Source of the DNA: Candidatus Parcubacteria bacterium
GTDB lineage: Bacteria > Patescibacteriota > Minisyncoccia > Phycocordibacterales > JAACPR01
Length of the DNA: 64,000 bases
Direction of reading: 5' to 3'
Assembly (NCBI GenBank): GCA_039805545.1
Contig: JBDLUA010000007.1
Location: 1,252 to 65,251, forward strand
The position numbers and the translations under genes were made by a program. Below, piece by piece: positions 57,976 to 64,000 of this stretch (positions are counted from its first letter, which is position 1; every line of letters starts with the position of its first letter). The notes under the pieces were generated by a model. It was not told where the DNA came from. It was given only the letters and a program-made list of their open reading frames with translations, and did no database searches.

Positions 57976-59703
57976 ATGAAATTTTCAGTTAAAATTGCTG
58001 GGATCTTCGCTGTAGTAGCTTTTGCTCTTACAGCAGTTTCAGCAGACGCTGCTTATACTCGAGACCTTACAGTAGGTTCAACAGGAGCAGACGTTAGTGA
58101 ACTTCAAGCATTCTTGAATGCTAAAGTAGCAGCAGGTCTTCCTACAACAGGATACTTCGGTACTCTTACAAAGGCAGCTGTAGTTAAGTGGCAAGCATCT
58201 GTAGGTCTTCCTGCAACAGGATACTTCGGAAAAATGTCACGAGACAAGATCGCTGGTGATACAACATCAACAGGCGGATCAACAACAGGATCATCAGATC
58301 TATCAGGTGGAGACGGAGATGTACAATCAATCAATGACACAACTTCAGGAACAGAAACAACTCTTGGAGAAGGAAAAACTGAAGATGTACTCGGATTCGA
58401 CCTTGAAGCTGACGATAACTCAGATCTTTCTGTTACATCAGTTAAAGTTGAAATCACAACAGAAGCTGGTGCATCATCACGACTTTCAAAGTACCTCGAT
58501 AGTGTAGCAGTTACACTTGACGGAGAAGAAGTTGGATCAGTAGATGCTTCAGATTTCTCACGAGATGGTTCAGTTTCAACAGTTACAATTTCTCTTGATA
58601 AAGGGACAGTTGTAAAGGCTGGAGAAAAAGCACGATTCTACGTGACTCTCGCAGCATCTGATTCAATCAACGATGCAGAACAAGCAGCAACACTTGATGT
58701 TGCTGTTACACGAATTCGAGTTGAAGATGCAAACGGAGCAGTTCTTACAAACGAAGTAGATCAAGCTGACGAAATCGTACCAGTTACAGTTGATTTTGAA
58801 GACGCAGCGGCAAATGACGATGCACGAATCAAATCATCTTCAGACTCACGAGATGCTGGACTTCTTAAAGTAGAAGCAAATAAGAAATCAGAAGATTTCG
58901 ACATCCTTACATTCAAATTTGATGTAGATGAAGATTCTTCAGATCTTACAGTTCTAGAAATCCCAGTTGATCTTGAAATCGACAATGCAGGAACAGCACT
59001 TGAAGCTGATGCACTCGTACAAGATCTTTGGATTGAAGTAGATGGTGAAAAGTATGATGACTTTGACTGGGAATCAGACACAACTATCGCTTCAGGTTCT
59101 ACAGAAACAGTTACAGCTACATTTACAATCGACGAAGGTGATCTAGAAATCGCTGCAGGAGATGTTGTAGACGCAGTTGTATATGTAACACTTGCAGAAC
59201 AAGACGGAAACTACACAGAAGGAACAACAATCAAGGCCTCAGTAACAGGTTCAGCTATCTCAGCTGAAAATGCAGACGGAGATGTATTTGATCTTTCTGG
59301 AACAGTTAACGGAGAAGTTCAAACAGCACAAATTTCAGCTGCTACAGTTGATAACTTCAAGTGGGTAATCAACAATACAGGAACAATCATCGACTTCTTC
59401 TTCACAGTATCTGCAGAAGATGAAGACTTCGATGTTCTTGCATCAAGTATTGATTTCACAGTTGATGAAACTGTTGTTGGAACAACAACATCTGATGGAA
59501 CTCTTTCAAAGAGTACAGGAGATGCTGACTCAATCTCAGGAGGATATCGAGTTCTTGACGGAGACACAGCAACATTCCGAGTACGATACACACTCTCTGG
59601 AACAAACGGAGACTACTCAGAAGTTACTATGACATCAGTTGCAGGACAAGAAATTCCTGATGACAAACAAGTTTCACCTACAGCAACTATTAACGTAAAC
59701 TAA
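57976..59703 (+). CDS. Secreted acidic surface protein with N-terminal peptidoglycan-binding domain (S-layer-like)
   Basis: Signal peptide, RDLTVGSTGADVSELQAFL..TGYFG.LTKAAV..WQ; D/E/T-rich, no Cys, strong codon bias. Confidence 0.8.
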   Translation: MKFSVKIAGIFAVVAFALTAVSADAAYTRDLTVGSTGADVSELQAFLNAKVAAGLPTTGYFGTLTKAAVVKWQASVGLPATGYFGKMSRDKIAGDTTSTGGSTTGSSDLSGGDGDVQSINDTTSGTETTLGEGKTEDVLGFDLEADDNSDLSVTSVKVEITTEAGASSRLSKYLDSVAVTLDGEEVGSVDASDFSRDGSVSTVTISLDKGTVVKAGEKARFYVTLAASDSINDAEQAATLDVAVTRIRVEDANGAVLTNEVDQADEIVPVTVDFEDAAANDDARIKSSSDSRDAGLLKVEANKKSEDFDILTFKFDVDEDSSDLTVLEIPVDLEIDNAGTALEADALVQDLWIEVDGEKYDDFDWESDTTIASGSTETVTATFTIDEGDLEIAAGDVVDAVVYVTLAEQDGNYTEGTTIKASVTGSAISAENADGDVFDLSGTVNGEVQTAQISAATVDNFKWVINNTGTIIDFFFTVSAEDEDFDVLASSIDFTVDETVVGTTTSDGTLSKSTGDADSISGGYRVLDGDTATFRVRYTLSGTNGDYSEVTMTSVAGQEIPDDKQVSPTATINVN

Positions 59704-59759
59704 TACTTTACTTATAGTACGTAGTGGACTCGTTTAAAGTAACGTAAAAGCTTAAACAA

Positions 59760-59783
59760 AAACCACCCGAAAGGGTGGTTTTT
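59760..59783 (+). terminator. Intrinsic terminator
   Basis: AACCACCC-GAAA-GGGTGGTT followed by a T tract. Confidence 0.85.
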
Positions 59784-59852
59784 GTTATGTGTTCCAGGGT
59801 TAAACTGCGACAATTTCTTTATAAAGATTTGAGTGCGGGTAAGTATATTTAA

Positions 59853-60227
59853 ATGATGGAAAGGGATTTTGATGATTGGAATGAAGTTAAAAAGAAAGTA
59901 GAGAGAAATAAAAGAATCGAAATACGAGAAGGGAGTGTTTGGATGTGTAGTTTTGGATTAAATATTGGGTATGAGATAAATGGAAAACATAAACAATATG
60001 AAAGACCTGCACTCATTATTAAGTCTTTTGGTGTTGGTGGTGGTATAGTTTTACCACTAACTTCAAAAGATAAAAAAGGAAAATATGTTGTACCTTTAAA
60101 TGATATAAGTAATATAAATTTGACTCAAATACGATATTTGGATTCGAAGCGCTTTAGAAGATTTCTTTTTGAAATAAAGAATGCTTATTTGAACGAGATC
60201 AAGAATAAATTTAAAGATATCTTATAA
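59853..60227 (+). CDS. PemK/MazF-family endoribonuclease toxin, no protein antitoxin adjacent
   Basis: GSVW..FGLNIGYEINGK..ERPALII, VLPLTS, LTQIRYLDSKR. Confidence 0.8.
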   Translation: MMERDFDDWNEVKKKVERNKRIEIREGSVWMCSFGLNIGYEINGKHKQYERPALIIKSFGVGGGIVLPLTSKDKKGKYVVPLNDISNINLTQIRYLDSKRFRRFLFEIKNAYLNEIKNKFKDIL

Positions 60228-60285
60228 AAACGAAATCTCTACAGAACATGTAGAGATTTCTCGGTGGGCCAAAAGGCCATTCATA
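60226..60285 (-). ncRNA. Candidate small RNA convergent on the toxin gene
   Basis: Minus-strand TTGACT(60318-60313)-16-TATACT(60296-60291); GGCC hairpin, 11-bp terminator stem and U tract. Confidence 0.5.
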
Positions 60286-60387
60286 TGTTCAGTATATCGA
60301 CTGGTTTGAAGAAGTCAATATATTGTAAATATTTTTTTATTACTTTTTCTTTATAAAGATATGAACATAGGTATGTATAGTGTCTGT

Positions 60388-61494
60388 ATGTCTATTAAAA
60401 AGTTTTTAATCATTACATTTATTATCTGTTTGTGTATTCCACTTATTAGTCACGCTCAAATTAAAATTATTGAGTTAATGTATAACCCGGAAGGTTCAGA
60501 TACCAAGAGGGAATGGATAGAGATTTACAATGTTGGGAATAGTTTTGTCGATCTGAATTCATATTATATTTTTGAAAATAACATCTACCATAAATTAGTT
60601 GCGCAAAGTCAATCAATTTTAAATCCTGGAGAGTATGCAATTATTGTAGATTCATTTGCAGAAGTTCTTGCAGATTACAAAGATTATTTTGGAAAAATTT
60701 TTGATAGTACTTTTTCTTTAAGTAATACAGGAGAAACAATCTCTATTGCAGATAATTCAAAACAAATTATAGATACGATTACATATGAGAGTACTATGGG
60801 TGCAGATGATGATGGAGCGTCTCTTCAGATGATCGACGGGACATTACAAACTTCCAAACCTACTTTTGGTGCTGTGAATGTGCTCGATCCTATTGTTTCT
60901 GATACTGATGATGCTTCTGATGTAAGTACTTCAACCGATACGAGTGGAGGTACGTCGTCCGGGGTATCTTCTCATATTGAACAAGAACCAGTAGTTTCTT
61001 ATAGCCCGACACCAAGTTTTAAGATTGGTGTCGGCCGCAAACGTACAGTATGTATAAACACTCCTTTAGAATTTGAAATTCAGGTATCAAGGGCTGATGT
61101 GCGTCCAAGGATTATATGGAACTTCGGAGATTTTGAAACCGAAAAAGGCCGGAAAGTAGAGCATGTGTATGTATATGAAGGAACTTACGAAGTGTTAGCA
61201 GAGGGTTCTTTTGATGGACATACTTCGATATCGCGTACAGAGGTTGTGGCCATAGTTCCACAAATTTCTGTTATCCAGTCTTCGTCTACTATTTCTATTG
61301 CAAATAAAGGCAAAAGCGAGGTTAACCTTGGAGGATTCATTCTTAAATTTAAAGATGAAACAAAATATATAATTCCAAAGAATACTATTATTAAGGCTGG
61401 AGCAGTTGTATATAAGGATTTAGATTTTGGACAAGTTATTGCTGAACTTGTGTATCCAAATGGTGTAATCTACGAGAGGTTTGATACAATATAA
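60388..61494 (+). CDS. Secreted lamin-tail-domain protein with PKD domain
   Basis: IKIIELMYNPEGSD..EWIEIYN, LSNTGETI, WNFGD..H.Y..EGTY; start moved to ATG 60388. Confidence 0.8.
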   Translation: MSIKKFLIITFIICLCIPLISHAQIKIIELMYNPEGSDTKREWIEIYNVGNSFVDLNSYYIFENNIYHKLVAQSQSILNPGEYAIIVDSFAEVLADYKDYFGKIFDSTFSLSNTGETISIADNSKQIIDTITYESTMGADDDGASLQMIDGTLQTSKPTFGAVNVLDPIVSDTDDASDVSTSTDTSGGTSSGVSSHIEQEPVVSYSPTPSFKIGVGRKRTVCINTPLEFEIQVSRADVRPRIIWNFGDFETEKGRKVEHVYVYEGTYEVLAEGSFDGHTSISRTEVVAIVPQISVIQSSSTISIANKGKSEVNLGGFILKFKDETKYIIPKNTIIKAGAVVYKDLDFGQVIAELVYPNGVIYERFDTI

Positions 61495-61541
61495 GAGTGA
61501 TTTAATATCACTCTTTATTACTGGTAATCCTTTTAGATTTT

Positions 61542-62150
61542 ATGGAAGCATTAGAGAAATTATTCGGAAGCTCAGCACGAGTTAAAACATTAAAATTCTT
61601 TTTATTTAATACGGGAGAAATTTTTGAAAAGAACACTATTGCATCAAGAACAAAAATTTCTTCTTCAAATTTACAAAAAGAGTTAAATTTACTTGAAAAA
61701 ATTGGTTTAATAAAAAAGAAGAACTTTTTTATTGTTAAAGAAAACAGAGGAGGCAAAATACAAAAGATAAAAACAAAAGGATATGAAACAGTACTAGAGC
61801 ATAAACTCTTTACTTCACTCCAAAATCTATTAGTGAAGAATAGTCCGATGTCATCTAATGCACTTATTCAAAAATTAAGTCGACACGGCAAACTTAAGTT
61901 GGTAATCGGGGCAGGAGTGTTTATTCAAGACCCAGATAGTAGAATTGATCTGTTGATTGTAGGGGATGACGTGAAAGAAAACACTCTTAAGAATACAATT
62001 GCAACCCTCGAATCTGAAATCGGTAAACAACTCCGATATACCGTATTAACTGTTCAAGACTTTAAATATCGTCTTGGGGTGTATGACCGTCTTGTGAGGG
62101 ATATTTTGGATTATCCACATCAAATATTCTTAGATAGGATAGGAGTTTAA
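61542..62150 (+). CDS. wHTH plus degenerate nucleotidyltransferase-fold protein
   Basis: LFGSSARVK, ELNLLEKIG HTH; GVF..RIDLLIVG. Confidence 0.7.
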   Translation: MEALEKLFGSSARVKTLKFFLFNTGEIFEKNTIASRTKISSSNLQKELNLLEKIGLIKKKNFFIVKENRGGKIQKIKTKGYETVLEHKLFTSLQNLLVKNSPMSSNALIQKLSRHGKLKLVIGAGVFIQDPDSRIDLLIVGDDVKENTLKNTIATLESEIGKQLRYTVLTVQDFKYRLGVYDRLVRDILDYPHQIFLDRIGV

Positions 62151-62177
62151 ATATTGATATAATAGGAATAGGTGTAT

Positions 62178-62223
62178 TAGGCGGGGTTAAACCCTTTCAT
62201 CTGAAAGGGTTTAACCCCGCCTA
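62178..62223. repeat. GGGGTTAAACC palindrome, copy 3 (arms swapped)
   Basis: 22-bp perfect inverted repeat. Confidence 0.75.
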
Positions 62224-62263
62224 GCCCAATTAATAGGTTTTAATAATTTAATTAAATAAATAT

Positions 62264-62947
62264 ATGGCATTTGAAAGTCTGAAAATGGCACTTGCTGATG
62301 CGTTCGGCAGTTTGCTTGGTGGGGTTGTAAACTTTATTCCAAAACTTATCGTTGCAATTATAGTTGTAATACTTGCATGGGTATTTGGAGTGGCATTATC
62401 AAAACTTATCAATCAAATTTTTAAAGCTCTCAAAATTGATACTGCACTTGAAGCAGCTGGAGCAAAACAACTTGTTCACAAAGCAGGTTTTAACCTCAAC
62501 TCAGGTTTGTTTGTTGGAGAACTTGTAAAATACTTTGTTGTAGTTGTTTCATTCATGGCTGTGTTCAGTATACTTGGACTTAGTGATGTAAATCTATTCC
62601 TTCAAGGGATTGTAATCGGTTACTTACCACAAGTAATTGTTGCTGTTCTTATTCTTGTTGTTGCTATTGTGCTTTCAGAGGTTATGCGAAAGGTTGTTGT
62701 TGCAGCAGCAAAGGCAGCCGGAGTACACAAGGCAGGACTTCTTGGATCAATCACTAAGTGGTCAATTTGGATCTTTGCTATTCTTGCGGCATTGTTCCAA
62801 CTTAATATTGCAGCTACATTTATTCAAACACTCTTTACAGGAGTTGTAGTAGCATTCTCAGTAGCACTTGGTCTTGCATTTGGACTTGGAGCAAAGGATA
62901 CTGCAAAAGAAATCGTTGAAGATATTCGAGCAGAAATCAAGCGATAA
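62264..62947 (+). CDS. TM-helix repeat protein (MscS/CmpX-like TM region)
   Basis: FIPKLIVA and YLPQVIVA repeats, ALGLAFGLG. Confidence 0.8.
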   Translation: MAFESLKMALADAFGSLLGGVVNFIPKLIVAIIVVILAWVFGVALSKLINQIFKALKIDTALEAAGAKQLVHKAGFNLNSGLFVGELVKYFVVVVSFMAVFSILGLSDVNLFLQGIVIGYLPQVIVAVLILVVAIVLSEVMRKVVVAAAKAAGVHKAGLLGSITKWSIWIFAILAALFQLNIAATFIQTLFTGVVVAFSVALGLAFGLGAKDTAKEIVEDIRAEIKR

Positions 62948-62956
62948 TCTCAAATA

Positions 62957-63096
62957 CGCCATCCTCGATCCTAATTACGTCATCCTCGCGAAGGCGAGGA
63001 TCCAGGACTGCAAAAGGCAAACCCGAAGGGTTTGCCTTTTGCTTTTATTTTGAAAATTAAACTAGATCCCCGCCTTCGCGGGGATGACGTGCTAAT
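62957..63096. repeat. REP-like doublet, copy E
   Basis: About 65 nt nearly identical to the reverse complement of copy B, including the inner hairpin. Confidence 0.9.
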
Positions 63097-63238
63097 GAAC
63101 TTTTTCTTTTTTAAATTCATCCCTTTTTATAAAGGGGTCTTTTCGTGCTTCGAGACCCAAAATATGTCTAAAATGCATCAGTCAGAACGGGCATTTTCAG
63201 ACATATTTTGGGTCGCAAAGAAAAGGGGGTTTTCACTG

Positions 63239-63266
63239 TTGACATTATTTTGAATCTGACTATAAT
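63239..63266 (+). promoter_or_regulatory. Consensus sigma70 promoter for the 23S rRNA
   Basis: TTGACA-16-TATAAT. Confidence 0.8.
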
Positions 63267-63506
63267 AGCACTTACACGATGTTGAATTATTTAAAAAAGA
63301 ACTGTAAGACGGTCTAAAAAAGAGGGTTTTAAACTCACTTCAAAAGACTGCCACCGCAGTCTTTTTTGAAAAAATAAACTCGTGAGTTCGTTGACAATAA
63401 AATATGTGAATTAAGAGTCAAAGTAGTCAATTAATTTTCACGAGAAAATTTGAGACAAGTTAGATAAAAGCTAAGAAAAAAGTTATGTGGTGGTTTTAAG
63501 ATTTCC

Positions 63507-64000
63507 TAATAGGAAATTAAGAGCATATAGTGGATGCCTTGGCTTCTAGAGACGATGAAAGACGTGGTATGGCTGCGATAAGCTTCGGGGAGGTGCCTAA
63601 CAACCTTCGATCCGGAGATGTCTGAATGGGGTAACCCAGCTGAGCAAACCTCAGTTACCCAATCTTGTAAAGAGAGCGGGAGTGAACCTTGGGAAGTGAA
63701 ACATCTCAGTACCAAGAGGAAAAGAAAAAAAGTTCCGTAAGGAAAAGATTTCCTGAGTAGCGGCGAGCGAAATGGAATAAGCCCAAACCGTATGTATTCG
63801 TATATACGGGGTTGTAAGACGATAAGACTCCAGTACTCTATTTCCTACTTCCAGCAATGGAAATAGGGATAAAGTACTGGATAATGGTTACAAATTGATT
63901 AGCTAGTGGAACTTTCTGGAAAGAAAGACCCTAGAGGGTAATAGTCCCGTACGCGAAAGCGAATCAACCATTTTTATTGTTCTTGAGTAGCTCAGGACAT
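63507..64000 (+). rRNA. rrl: 23S rRNA, 5' partial (start approximate)
   Basis: GTGGATGCCTTGG, TGCGATAAGC, GAAGTGAAACATCTCAGTA, AGTAGCGGCGAGCGAA. Confidence 0.97.

Noticed and set aside
61542-62150. MNT antitoxin partner for the MazF-like gene
   Set aside because: Not adjacent, wrong antitoxin class, degenerate NTase motif and no HEPN partner
63506-63857. Minus-strand ORFs at the window end
   Set aside because: They lie within the 23S rRNA gene
1-64000. CRISPR array, prophage or IS element
   Set aside because: No regularly spaced direct repeats and no cas, integrase, transposase or phage structural genes recognised
1-64000. UGA recoding (genetic code 25)
   Set aside because: Long genes translate intact under code 11 and Gly/Trp codons are normal

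Overview
AT-rich chromosomal segment of a small-genome bacterium using genetic code 11. It looks like Patescibacteria/CPR, probably Parcubacteria: rplK without rplA, rpsR without rplI, a stand-alone 23S rRNA, leaderless-style promoters, IleRS with a phosphatase insert, a solo VirD4-like ATPase and PilMNO. It holds about 70 mostly housekeeping CDSs, 7 tRNAs without encoded CCA, the 5' end of a 23S rRNA and several palindromic repeat families. The top finding is the nucleotide/folate cluster (folD ... pyrG, dcd*, folA, thyA*, dCMP deaminase, glyA, tmk, dut). Its thymidylate synthase homolog has Asp at the dUMP-specificity Asn (a dCMP-enzyme signature), and its dCTP deaminase homolog has lost the catalytic Glu but kept the hydrolytic Asp. 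Together these suggest a 'methylate first, deaminate second' route to dTMP via 5-methyl-dCMP, or a modified-cytosine pathway. Other leads: an orphan MazF/PemK gene with a convergent small RNA, an HTH gene filled with iteron-like repeats plus two DnaA boxes, a ~490-nt structured boxA-like leader on an S-layer-like gene, tRNA-linked structured elements, an unassigned ~130-nt ncRNA, and two genes missed by the ORF track (zinc-free L36 and a 49-aa basic protein). All calls come from reading motifs by eye; no database searches were run.
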